From Squalus acanthias (taxonomy: Eukaryota), in contig CM059432.1 in the NCBI GenBank assembly GCA_030390025.1, positions 127,846,001-127,910,000 on the forward strand: 64,000 nucleotides of DNA, in the 5' to 3' direction. The notes under the pieces are model-generated. The model was not told the DNA's origin. It saw only the letters and a list, made by a program, of their open reading frames with translations, and did not search any database. Every line of letters starts with the position of its first letter. Position 1 is the first letter of the stretch. The position numbers and the translations under genes are program-made. Shown here piece after piece: positions 1-11,386 of the stretch.

Positions 1-1556
1 TCAAAGCATATTTCTTCCAACATTAACAATGTTGAACTTGATGAACAGAAAATTCAACAATAAAAAAACCCAACTCAGGGCCAAAAAGAAGAAAAATAAA
101 TAGCAAAATGGTGCAATTAATTAATTCTGAATAGTGTGAAAGATCTTGAGCATCACAATGTACTTTTTAACTTATAAGTGTTTCATTTCTGCACTCCCAA
201 TCTGAAACCTTGCCCACTGGAGCAGACATTGGAAAATCACATCAGGAAGTCCTTAATTTTCTGTCCACAAGTTTTAATGGAGAAAGTAACAAAAAGACGG
301 CTCCCGTGCAATTTTCTGATGTGCTTTACTCATGGGGAGGCTATACACTGGGAGTGGAAAATGTACTCTATAAGATGCAGCGTTAGATTTGTGGTCAATC
401 ACAAAAATGTTGCAATATTATAAATTCTTTTATCATCAACCATAAGAGTATTATAATTGACTGCCTCTGTGCTGTCAGCATGTGAAACGGGCGGATCCTG
501 AGTGACACTCAGGGCCACATGGAAAAGCCTTTCCCACCAACCTCCCCAACTAATTTTTCATGACAAAGACAAATAAATAAGGTCAGAAAATTCGACAGAG
601 TGCTAGATAGTTTTTTGAGTAAAGATGTGATCAAAATTAGAAATTACGGCCTAGAGATTGGGGAACGCTGGAAACCTGCCGATAACATTGGCGGCCAAGG
701 ATAACGGCCGCCGGCCGAGAGAGCGCAGGCAGTCCCGGCATTTTGGGACTGGATGCTCATTAACATCAGTGTGGCAGTGATTTTCTTTGCAGCACTAGTC
801 TCAGAACGTTGCCAAAGGTCGCCTCTACCTCCCACTTACAGTGTAGGGGAACGGGGAAGAAAGGTATGACTCGAACAGTTGCCGTACGTGCTCCAAAAAT
901 GTTAGCTGCCACCCAATGTTTGTCGATTTTTTATTTGTTTATGACATGAATGCAGATAAAAGAGAACTTAACACAAATCATCTTCAGTCGTTGCAATTGA
1001 GTTCACCCATTGATTGATTGGTAAAAACTTATGGTCGATTCACATTGTATAATTCATGAGGGCTCAATAATTACATGAAATTATTCTCCGATAATACATA
1101 TCCTGGAACATATAATGCTGGCTCATTACATATATTTCTCCATTTAATAAACGAGTAAGTGAAATGTTTATATTCCCTGTTGTGTTGCAAAGACTGAGAG
1201 GTGCATGACTGCAAATGTAGTTGCCAACAGTGAATCCTGTGGTGTCCGCTCATTTATTAAAGGGTTTATCAAAAATACTTGGATAAGTATCTCATCTGGG
1301 AACAGGTCCGGTCGAGGCTAAGTTATTCTTTTGTGCCTAACAGGGCCCGTTGATTATCTGGGTCTATCCATCTGAAATCCAACTGTGAATCTTATCATAT
1401 AATACAGTCTGAATCCACCACCACAGGTCGCGAATATATTTCGATCATGTTTGGTTTTCAGTTTAGGCAGATGGAATTATACTATTAACCTGTATCAATA
1501 AATGGAATAACATTTAATTAAGAGCTGCATCAACGGAAGTGGATGTGAATTTCACT

Positions 1557-2449
1557 GGGTGTTTTCCACTTGTCAGCGTCCATCCTCATAAGTCCTGCCA
1601 GACTCCTCGTGGCCGTTAAGGCTGCTGAAAGACCTTTTAGCGGCAGCACTCACTGGTGTGATTTAGCGTGGGCGGCAATGCGAGCAGGAACTCCAAAATG
1701 GATAAACTGGCATCAATTCGGCATCAACTCGCTCCAACTCATTAAAATACGCTCGCCGATGACAGGCAATGGCAGCGCTGCCAAACTGCATAAAATGGCG
1801 GCCGCCGCGGGACCCGCCACCAGTTGGCGGAAGAGCGCCAGCCGCCGTTTTTTCGCCATTTTAACCCACCTTGTCCAGCGGTAACAGGGCAGGCGCGCAA
1901 TTAAAATAGCTGTCCAAAGACTTAACAGACCGTTCCCACTCAAAATCCCACCCATCGCCATCTTAACTGGGTCCTACTTTTAGGCGGCAGTCTGGCTTTT
2001 GCACGGGCCCCATTGATATATGCAAATTTGGGTCCTATGATGCCGATAGGACTCCAATGGCAATTTAACAGCCTACTGAGTGGGGTGCCCACTGGTGATG
2101 TTCCACTCAGTAAAACCTGATGGGGAAGAAGAGGAGGCCCTCTAAGGTAGTCAAAAACTTCCCTTAGTGGAGCCAGGAAGATCAAGAGTGCTCCTCTGGC
2201 CCGAAAAGGAAAGTCTGGGCCTCTGCTTCCCATCCACCAAATGGCCTCGATCCCTTCCGTGACTTACGTTGGTGCTGGCAGGTGGCCCTACAATTTTGAC
2301 ATGCCTGAAGCGAGACAGGTGCCTCTTTCCATTGTTTCGGGCAAGCAACTGGTGGAATGCATTAAAATCAGCCAAGGCATCTCATTGCAACTCCAGGGTG
2401 GGAAGACTGTCGGCTCCCCCCGCACCCACCCGGGAGTTAAAATCTACCC
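1557..2449. mobile_element. Degenerate CpG-rich MITE-like DNA-transposon fragments (probably two adjacent pieces)
   Basis: TIR-like ends AAAATCCCACCC (~1942-1953) and AAAATCTACCC (~2439-2449) resemble other Harbinger-type ends in the window. Internal GGGTCCTA...ATAGGACTCCAAT recurs near 15373-15400. Left ends and TSDs are unresolved. Confidence 0.35.
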
Positions 2450-3524
2450 TACGATCTTTGCTTTAATCATCAACAAGCATTACACAACCTCATTGGACTC
2501 ATTGGGAAACTTCAGAATGCAATGGGGAACAGAGCCTGCTTTTGTTCTTGTGCGGCACATCCTGCACTTCAAATTGGATTGCATGTATGTGGCATAGATA
2601 TTCTTGAGCTTTTATTAGTCTTCCAACTTGTACTGTCATACTGTAAATGTCAATGTGATTGCACTGCACACAGTGTCATTCTACAGTGAGAGACAATATG
2701 ATTTCAGCTTCACTACTTGTAATTGGATATTTTTTCAGCTGGCATAAAGCCACAAAACTTTAATCAACTTAAAGCTCCAAAGCTTTGCACTCATTCTGTG
2801 GAAATTTATGTTCATCTATTATGTGTTACATGTTAAAATTCATTTGTCAAAATTCAAGCTTTCTTCTCATTCATATCAGCATATCATTCATTAGAAAAGA
2901 TCTCATTGTCTGGTCATAATCTATCACTACTTTTTATAGCACACACGGACTTTGATCAAATTAATCTTTTGGCTTGCAATGCTTTTGAAGGTCAAGTGAG
3001 GAATAGAATACCTGAATGGCAAGCCAGTCCAAAATGCTACAGACCGTGGAACCAACTTCATTGTTTTTGGTTTGATGAACTTCAGTCACTCATATTGCAC
3101 AATCCTGAAATACCAGAAATTTTTAACCTGTGAATCCTGTGATTTTGGTATGTTAAATTGGTCAGGATTGCACGATCCTATGATCAATGATCCTAGGATT
3201 GCAAACCATAACATGAAATAATACAATTGACAAATACAAATACATCTTGGCCCCAATTTTAACTCAGGGCAGGAATTGGGCAGGCAGGGAGCAGAGCAAG
3301 CTGGAAGCCACCACAATGTCACCAGCGTGAGGCCTGGGAGTTTAATTTCATGGGCTGCCCACCCGATCACGTTAGATAGTGGGCAGCCCACCCATTTTCT
3401 CCACGCAATTTCCAGCAGGCCTCTCAAGGCCAATTGAAAGTGAGAGTGCACCTCTTAAAGCGAGGTTGAATTTTCTTCTGCTTGATTTGCTTGTTACACT
3501 GCTAGAAGAAGGATCAAGTAGGAG

Positions 3525-5556
3525 GATGAGGAGTAAGGCTGCCTCCAGGTATCCTGATGTCTCCCTGATGTCAGCCATGGCTCAGTTGGTGGCACTCTCG
3601 CCTCTGAGTCAGAAGGTTGTGGGTTCAAGGCCCACTTCAGAGACTAGAGCACAAAAATCTCAGCTGACACTCCAGTGTAGTCCTGAGGGAGTGCTGCACT
3701 GTCGGAGGTGCCATCTTTCGGATGAGACGTTAAACTGAGACGTTTGCCCTCTCAGGTGGACGTAAAAGATCCCATGGCACTAATTCCAAGAAGAGCAGGG
3801 GAGTTATCCCTGGTGTCCTGGCCAATATTTATCCCTCATTCAACATCACAAAAACAGATTATCTGGTCATTATCACATTGCTGTTTGTGGGATTTTGCTG
3901 TGCTCAAATTAGCTGCCACATTTTCCTACATTACAACAGTGACTCCACTTCAAAAAGTACTTCATTGGCTGTAAAACGCTTTGGGACATCCGGTGGTCAT
4001 GAAAGGCACTATATAAATGCAAGTCTTTCTTTTTTCTTTCTTTTGGAGGTCCTGGTGGAGAAGTTCCAGGCTAGCACCTACAGGAGCATCCCTGGGGTCA
4101 CTCTCCAACAGGCCTGAACAAAGATGGTTGACAAGGTCAGTGCCAGCAGCATCAAACCCAGGACCTGGCTGCAGTGTGAGAAGAGGTTCAAACACCTCAT
4201 AAGAGCAGCAAGGGTGACTACAACTCTTCCTCTCTCCATCTCTCTCAACAACACCTGACAACACTCCTTTAACCCCCTGCCCCCCCACTCTCAACATTTC
4301 CCTTCTCTCCATCACATCCTTCAACATGCAATCATGAGGGCACACTGAAACACCTCTCTTCCTCATTCCAAACACACTCACATTTTGCGTTGCTCTCTTC
4401 ACACCACACACTGACACCATTCTCTTTCCACATCCTACCACATGCACAACCATCAAATCCTCCCATCACTCCTTCCTCACTTCATGTTCTACACACTTGG
4501 CTTTACATTCATCACCTCTCCATCCTCATTCCATCTTGCTTCTTCTCCACCACTCACCACATGCACTATATGCACAAGCCCTACACATCTCCACTTACCT
4601 TTTCAACCGCCACTCACTAACTCTCATCCTCTCTTTCTGCAGGACAAAACAGCACAGAATGCCAGGGAGAGACCAAGGGGGAGGAATACCTATCATCGTA
4701 GCTGACACCCAAGCGAAGCCCTGGAGATTAGTGGGCTGGGCAAAGCCATGAGCATCAGGGAAGGCGAGGCTGGTGCCATTTCAAACAGGATGTCTGCATA
4801 TCACTTGTAACCTTGCATTTACCCTCGCAAATATTCAGCAAGCTTCACAACTTCAAGCTGCATTCTGAAGGCAGTCACCTGCTAATGTCCAGGCTCTCAA
4901 TGCCATCCTGATTCTTTCCTCTCGGTCCTTCCCAGCATCTGGAACCTGCAGAAGCACACATCTCAGAGGAGGACAATCCTCCTGAGGATGCACTGTCACG
5001 CACTCCATCCCTCCCATGCCCCAGCACAGACATTGGCACTCTGCATGAGTTAGAAAGTGAGCCAGAGGGGTCTGCACAGAGTGAAATACTCAGCAGCAGG
5101 TGCTGGTTGTAGGTACAGCCCAGGAAACAGCTCTCAGACCTGCTGAACACGACAGAGATGAGGACTTCAGTGGCCCAACCATGAAAAGAAAACTGCTTGC
5201 CGATCACAAGCAGTTATACCAGTTATTGGAAGGCCTGCCAAGGAGTATCAGCACTATGGCTGAAAGTATGGAGGAGTCTGCTTCCATTCTGTATGGTATC
5301 ATCTTGCAGGGTATCATCACTCTGCAGTCTGCCTTGGAGAATGTGGTCACCTCCAGAGTCAAGGGATGCTGCAGCTGGGCCCTCACAAAGGGAGTCAGTG
5401 TTATCGGCCTTTGCAGCTTTGGTGGACATTCAAAAGTCTGCCATGAAGGCTCTGGGTTCCACCTTTGAGAGACAGGTAGCTCACCTTGGACAGATTGGTG
5501 GACCAAATAGATAGGAGCTTTCAAGGAGTCACTCATCTTCTGCAGTCTGCTGACTC
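3525..5556 (+). pseudogene. Decayed Myb/SANT accessory gene of an older Harbinger element, 5' part (continues at 10970-11290)
   Basis: Fragments RSKAASRYPDVSL / LEVLVEKF / PRTWLQCEKRFKHLIRAAR|gt / ag|DKTAQNARER / HKQLYQLLEGLPRSISTMAESMEE parallel the intact Myb gene at 5919-7687, including the first intron position. Interrupted by a SINE and frameshifts. Confidence 0.7.
3570..4040 (+). mobile_element. tRNA-headed Deu-domain SINE (SacSINE1-like)
   Basis: A-box-like TGGCTCAGTTGG and B-box-like GGTTCAAGGCC, central GGAGGTGCCATCTTTCGGATGAGACGTTAAAC, tail TATATAAATGCAAGTCTTTCTTT. At least five more copies occur in the window. Confidence 0.8.
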
Positions 5557-5918
5557 ATAGGGGGAAAAATTAGGTCGCGCCCCATTTGGGGCGCAAATAT
5601 CGTCTGGACGCAAATATTAGCGCCTGGCGCTAATTATCGGCACTGACTGGAAACTTCACTTTTACCGCCCCGGGAGGTGAGTGGAGCGCTAAATCAGGCG
5701 CTGCACACCTGTCTTAAGGCGCAAAGGCCGAGCAGTGAGGCGCTAACTCAGCGCGCGAGCGCAGCGCAGCTGCTGCCAGTTAGCGAGGGAACACAGACAC
5801 ACTGGCGCCGGCCACTTCTTAAAGCGGGGGGGGCCAACTTGCTCCCCAGCCACACCCTGCTCATTGCAGCCTTGAATCTCGGCCTGGAGAGACCTGTGAA
5901 TCCATTTTGCTGCCAAGG

Positions 5919-7687
5919 ATGGAGAGGATGAGAGAACGAGCTCATCGCTTCACCGAGCGGGCCTTGGATGCTCTGGTTGGCGCGGTGGAGCGCAGAAGAT
6001 GTATGCTCTTCCCTGAGAGTGGCAGGAGGCCTTTGCCACGCGAGTTCAGAAGAGTGTGGAGGGAGGTGGCTCAGAGCGTCTCCTCCAGGAGCATGGTGCC
6101 CAGGACCCATACTCAATGCCGCAAAAAGTTCAACGACCTCACTCGGGTCGTCAGGGTGAGTGGCTTTTTCTCAATACCTCTCCATCCCTCCATCTCAACC
6201 TCACTCTATGGCCAGAGGGTCTTAAAACCCCAATGCACAACACTCATCCAACACCTATGACCCTTTCATGAAACACACACACACATTCCACACTTTGCAT
6301 ACAGTAAGGGCTATTCACCTATGGGAGGCACATCAGGCAAGACCATGGCTGTATATTTACTCAGATGCTGTCCTTTTTCTTACAGGCCAAGCTGGCGCAT
6401 AATCGGAGACAGCAGCAACGGACAGGTGGAGGGCGGCCTCAGCTGCAACCCCTCAGCGATCTTGAGGAGCGCGTCCACAGGATTGTGGCAAGCCGGGTGA
6501 TCGGTCCCGTCGCCACTGGAGACGCCGACCCCGTTCTGGACAGCAATGGTAAGGTCATCACCTTTTTGTCCTCTGTCCTTCCACTTGTCCCTCACAACAC
6601 CAGCCTTTGACACTTTCAATCCAACTTGCTAACTTGCTGCACTTATTCCTCCCTTACTGCCACCCTGTCCTCACGCTAAAGCCACTCTTGTACCTCCCTG
6701 CTTTCAGATGGTGATTCACCAGCTGAGGAGACGGGCCCTGAAGCTGCCACTGGGAGTGATGCTGCAGCCGAGGAAGAAGAGGAAGCCGGAGCATCAGTGC
6801 CACCCTCTCCCGAGGAAGCCCATGCCCACACTGGGAACACGCCTTCCCTGGAGGGGAGCAGGGGGGAAGGGTCTGATGAGGGTGAAGCTCCAGGACCCAG
6901 CGGGCTGCAGCAACGCCATGGGGGGGGTAGGGAAGAATGGGGGCCTTCTCCCCAGAGGGAGAGTATGCCAGACACTCCTACTGCAATGGACGCAGAGGAG
7001 GAGCGGCTGATTGCAGAAATGAACACCCAGGCGGTGGGCATGCACACTGAGCTCATGGGTGCAGTGGGAAGGGTGCCCAAATGCATTGAGTCACTGGCAA
7101 GGAGTGTGGAGCACTTCGCTGTAGCACAGGCGGATGCCACACTAACGCTTAGTGCTGCAATTCAGTCACTGACTGCCGTGATCCCATCTCTGACTGCTCT
7201 CATGCAGACTCAGATTGAGGCCACGCGAGCACAGACTGCTGCCAACCTCGATGGTTCGTGCACATGTCCCCGGGGCTGTCACCGCGCCGCAGCAGGCCAG
7301 CAATCTGTTCTCCAGCAGATTGCTCCGGATGCTGAAGTGCTGCCCCGTGGGAGTGCCAGTGTGTCGGGCGAGCAGGGAGTTGCTGTCCTCTCTCACGATG
7401 ACAGCATTCCTGCTGCCAACACTGTCACTTCTCCACTGCACTTGCCACCACCTGTAGGACAGACTGCTGCCGCCCATGCAGAGTTGGTGCAGTCTGCAGC
7501 CGGGCCCTCCAGGCCCAGAACTGGTCGAGGCCGTCCTTCAGGGGCATCTGCAGTGTCAGGGTCTGATGAGCAGCAGCCTTCCACCAGCCTTGCTGCAGCC
7601 ACTGAGGTCCCATTACGGAGGAGCAGTAGGGTTAGAAGGGGGGAAGTGCGCAAGGGAAGGAGATCACCCTCGAAGGGCAAAAAGTAG
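5919..7687 (+). CDS. Harbinger Myb/SANT-like DNA-binding protein; exons 5919-6155, 6386-6548, 6708-7687 (~459 aa)
   Basis: Exon 1 RAHRFTERALDALV...WREVAQSV...RTHTQCRKKFNDL has the trihelix/Myb-SANT pattern. Splice sites are phase-consistent GT-AG: AGG|GTGAGT 6156, TTACAG|GCC 6385, ATG|GTAAGG 6549, TTTCAG|AT 6707. Exon 2 has RTGGG. The frame stays open to TAG at 7685-7687. Confidence 0.85.
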
Positions 7688-7981
7688 GAGGTGTGACAAA
7701 ATGCTGGTCATTTTTTTATTAAAGTTCGAGGTTCATGGTCCAACTTTTGTTTAGTGTTTTGGACATTATCTCCAGGTTGTGAGAACCAGTTATGTTATTG
7801 ACTGTTTTTTTGTGTTTATTTCTATGAGTTTGTCATGAGGAATTGACACACACAGAGTTTGTAAAATAAATAAGTTTCTGTATTCAAAATATACATGGTT
7901 GGTGGTTGGAATTATTGGTGCCTTGGCCGGCTTAGGGGTTGCGTGCTGGGTTCATTAATGTTGTTAGCAATGGCAGGGGCC

Positions 7982-9142
7982 CTAGAAGCGGCTTGCTATT
8001 AGCCGTTGACGGACGGCCCTTGCAGTTTGACCATTGTGGGCCGCCCTCCCGCCTTGGTGCTGCTGATGATCATCCTCCTCGTCCTCTTCCTCCTCTTCCT
8101 CCTCCTCCTCTGGTGGTGCTCCAAGGCCTGGTGGCATTGGCTGGGTCCTGAGGATTGCCATGTTATGCAACATGCAGCACACGACTACGAAGTTGGATAC
8201 TCGTTCAGGCGAGTACTGCAGGGCTCCTCCAGAATGGTCAAGACAGCGGAACCGTTGCTTCAGCACGCCGATTGTGCGCTCAATTATGTTCCTGGTAGCT
8301 TGATGGCTCTCATTGTACCGCAGCTCAGCAGGGGTGTTGGGCGTACGGAGCGGTGTCATCAGCCAGGTGCTCAATGCATACCCCTTGTCCCCGAGAAGCC
8401 AACCAACTGGCTGATGCGGTGCCTCGAAAAGTTCTGCCACAGTAGTCTGGCGCAGGATAAAAGCATCGTGGCAGCTGCCAGGATAGTGGGCATTGACAGC
8501 GAGTATCAGCTGTCTGTGGTCACAGACCAACTGAACATTCAAGGAATGGAACCCCTTTCTGTTCCGGAATTCCTCGGCATTCTCATGCGGAGCACGCAAA
8601 GCCACATGCATGCAGTCAATGGCGCCCTGCACCATGGGGAAGCCCGCTACCCTCGCAAAGCCCAGAGCGCGGTCACGCTGCTTGTCTGGGGTCATGGGGA
8701 AAGAGATGAACTCTCGTCTCCTTTTAAAGAGGGCATTTGTGACCTGCCGGATGCAGCAATGCACCGCGAACTGGGAGATATTGGCGAGGTCCCCAGCAGC
8801 AGCTTGAAATGAGCCAGTAGCGTAAAAGTTAAGAGCCACTGTGACCTTCACTGCCACCGACAGAGACGTCCTGGACCTCAGTTGAGGCTGCAGATCTGGC
8901 TGTAGCAGGTGGCAGAGCTCAGTGACCACCTCCTTGCTGAATCGCAGCCTTCGCAAACACAGCTCCTCAGACATATGGATGTAGGAGAGCTGTTCACGAT
9001 ATACCCTGGGAGGGTAAGCTCTCCTGTACATACGCCTGTTGGCCCTCCTCCGTCTGGCCATCATTGCCACTCTCTCTCTGCGTCTCTGTATCCTCCGATT
9101 CAGCTGGAGCAGGACGACGCCCCCAATCAGTGCAGCCCCCAT
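7982..9142 (-). CDS. Harbinger DDE transposase (HARBI1-like), 386 aa from ATG at 9142
   Basis: Uninterrupted ORF with ALNFYATGSFQ, GAIDCMHV, NRKGFHSLNVQLVCD, PGSCHDAFIL, LLGDKGY, RNIIERTIGVLKQRFRCL, CCMLHN and an acidic C-terminal tract. Confidence 0.95.
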   Translation of the reverse strand: MGAALIGGVVLLQLNRRIQRRRERVAMMARRRRANRRMYRRAYPPRVYREQLSYIHMSEELCLRRLRFSKEVVTELCHLLQPDLQPQLRSRTSLSVAVKVTVALNFYATGSFQAAAGDLANISQFAVHCCIRQVTNALFKRRREFISFPMTPDKQRDRALGFARVAGFPMVQGAIDCMHVALRAPHENAEEFRNRKGFHSLNVQLVCDHRQLILAVNAHYPGSCHDAFILRQTTVAELFEAPHQPVGWLLGDKGYALSTWLMTPLRTPNTPAELRYNESHQATRNIIERTIGVLKQRFRCLDHSGGALQYSPERVSNFVVVCCMLHNMAILRTQPMPPGLGAPPEEEEEEEEEDEEDDHQQHQGGRAAHNGQTARAVRQRLIASRF

Positions 9143-9663
9143 ATTCTCTTTGCAAGCAAAGTAATGAAGGACAGCAACTAAAGTACCAGCGAAGTTAGGA
9201 TCAGTAGGCAAAACTACCTCACAAAGCGTTGAGTCAATGCAGAAGTCTCTCTTTCTCTCTCTCCGAATCTCTCTCTCTCTCTCAGAACGAGTGGTGCAAA
9301 AATGTCGACCACAGAAAAAGACAGGAAGAGGCCCCCTTTAAATAGTGCCCCCCCAGCCCCACAGCGATTGATAGCGTTCCAGTCTTCCGGTTGTTGGATG
9401 CGCCAGGCGGTAAGGCAGGGGGCGCCACTCAATTTCCGCTCCGGGGCGCCACAAGGGCGTTGCACCATGGAATGACGTCACAATCTGCGCGCGCAGGTGG
9501 TCGCAGCGGTAAGTTTTAGCGCCGCCGCACAATCTCTAGTTAAGTTCCCGAGCGGCGCAAACATCGCTGCGCCCGGGCGTTAGCGGCTTTGCGCCCCATT
9601 AGCGCCCTCTTAAGGCGCTAACGGGAGGCGCAACCAACTGAATTTTTACCCCATAGAGTCATA

Positions 9664-10462
9664 GGGGGAAAAATTGGGTCATGCTCCCTTTGGGGTGCTA
9701 ACTTCGCTGGGGCGCTACCTTTAGCGCCCCAAAAAAGTTAGCACCCTTCGCCTGAAATTCACCGGTAGCACCCCAAGAGGGAGGCGGGGCGCTACTGGAA
9801 GCGCCCTGCATCCCTCTTGGGGTGCTGCGAGTGAATATCACAGCGCTACGTGCCACAGTGCCATGCGCTGCAGCAGGTCGCACCGCAGTACTGCGGGCAT
9901 TCCTCCCCTTATTAAAGGGGAGGGGCCTAGTGCAGCGCGACCCGGGGCCCAGCTGGGCCACCAGGGATCGGAGTGCCCGCAAAAGAGCCCGGCACTCAAG
10001 ACAAGTGCCGAGCTCACGGAGCGCAGCTGGCACTCTGCGGGGGGGGGGGTCTTCACAGAAGGCCGGGGACGGCAAAGCGGGCAGGTGCTGGCGGGCGGCC
10101 AGCAACAAAAATGGCCGCCCGGCACCTTCCCTTTAATTTGCGCCGCCCCGGCCGCAGGTAGGCCCCCCGACCCAGTCGGACATAGCGTCCGGCGGTAAGT
10201 CAGGGGACACTACTGAAGATCACGGCCGGGGCGCGAGCGGGGTGCTGCACACAGCGATGACATCATCGCCGGCGGCACAGCACCACGGGGCGCAAACGAT
10301 TACCACCACCGCTAACCTCCCGCTGAATTTCACGGGAAGCGTTAGCGGCGCCGCCTTCTGTGAAGCTCCCCCCCCGCAGAGTGCCCAGGCGCTCGTTGCT
10401 TTGCACTCCGTTAGCGTCTTCGGGCGCTAACGGGAGGCACAAATCAACCAAAATTTTCCCCC
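9664..10462. mobile_element. Non-autonomous Harbinger element (799 bp) related to the adjacent autonomous copy
   Basis: Starts GGGGGAAAAATTGGGTC, ends AAATTTTCCCCC, with ATA on both sides (9661-9663, 10463-10465). The subterminal GGCGCTAACGGGAGGC is shared with 9614-9629. No transposase motifs. Confidence 0.9.
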
Positions 10463-10969
10463 ATAGAGTCATAACGGCACAGAGGAAGCTATTCGGCCCA
10501 TCGAGTCCGTGCCGGCTCTCTGCAGAGCAATCCAGTCAGTCCCATTCCCCCACTCTATCCCCGTAGCCCTGCAAGTTTATTTCCCTCCAGTGCCTATCCA
10601 GTCTCCCCTTGAAAAGATTGAGTGTCTCCGCCTCCACCACTTCCGTCGGCAGCGAGTTCCAGGTCCTCACCACTCACTGCGTAAAAAAGTTTTTCCTCAC
10701 ATCCCCCCTGTGTCTCTTGCCCAAAACCTTAAATCTGTGTCCCCTAGTCCTTGTACCATCAACTAGTGGGAACAGCCTTTCCCCGTCTAGCCTATCCAAA
10801 CCCGTCATAATCTTGTACACCTCTATCAAATCACCCTTCAACCTCCTTTGCTCAAATGAAAAGAAATCCAGCTTCTCCAACCTGTCCTTGTAGCTAAGAT
10901 CCCCCATCCCCGGAACCATTCTGGTAAATCTGCTCTGCACCCTCTCAAGGGCCTTCACATCCTTCATAG
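10463..10969 (-). mobile_element. 5'-truncated CR1 LINE; its (CATAGAGT)n tail extends leftwards through 9653-9663 to ~5555
   Basis: ORF2 C-terminus LERVQSRFTRMVPG...RRLKGDLIEVYKI...TRGHRFKV...RKNFFTQ, followed by a CR1-type 3' UTR and octamer tail. TCATAGA occurs at both reconstructed junctions. Confidence 0.9.
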
Positions 10970-11290
10970 ATCAGTGGAAGTGATGAGCCCCAGGCCCCAT
11001 GGCTGTGGCAGTACGTGATGGGAGTGAAGCGTGTTGCCCTCTCTCAGGATGTCAGTGTATCTGCTTCTTCATCATCCCCTCAACTAATATTGGCCATGGT
11101 GCCAGCGGGTCAGTTGGGCCAGCCTGCCCCTGCACAGCTGAGATGCAGCACTGTAAAACTGAGTCCTCATAGGCTCGAGCACCTAGAAGTCACCAACTAC
11201 GAGCACCTCAAGCATCTCAACATGAACAGCAGCAGCCTTCCACCAACTTTGCTGATGCCACTAAGGGAGCACCTCGTAGGAATGTAAAAT
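10970..11290 (+). pseudogene. Decayed Myb/SANT accessory gene of the older Harbinger, 3' part
   Basis: CTCTCTCAGGATGTCAG and CAGCAGCCTTCCACCAACTTTGCTGATGCCACT match 7389-7405 and 7571-7603 of the intact gene. Confidence 0.7.
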
Positions 11291-11386
11291 TAGGAAATCT
11301 TGTCAGAAAGGCACCATGGGTTGACACTTGGGTGAGAAATAAATGAAGGACAATTATTGTGTTCGGAATTGAAGCATGGCAGCCAA

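Larger units (their letters stand above)
5560..9652. mobile_element. Full-length autonomous PIF/Harbinger DNA transposon (4093 bp)
   Basis: TIRs GGGGGAAAAATT (5560-5571) and AATTTTTACCCC (9641-9652) match 11/12. ATA flanks both ends (5557-5559, 9653-9655). Two convergent open genes, Myb/SANT and DDE transposase, form the canonical Harbinger layout. Confidence 0.95.

Noticed and set aside
3575..3640. tRNA gene
   Set aside because: A and B boxes belong to the SINE head, continue directly into the SINE body, and give no complete cloverleaf.
8006..8812. 268-aa + strand ORF inside the Harbinger
   Set aside because: Antisense shadow of the transposase with no domain features.
7982..9211. Domesticated host gene HARBI1
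   Set aside because: Flanked by TIRs and a TSD, paired with a Myb gene, and accompanied by decayed paralogues, so it is a transposon copy. The ORF-track start at 9211 is non-ATG.
9698..10430. Overlapping ORFs in the non-autonomous element (possible cargo gene)
   Set aside because: Expected from very high GC content; no motifs and no consistent frame.
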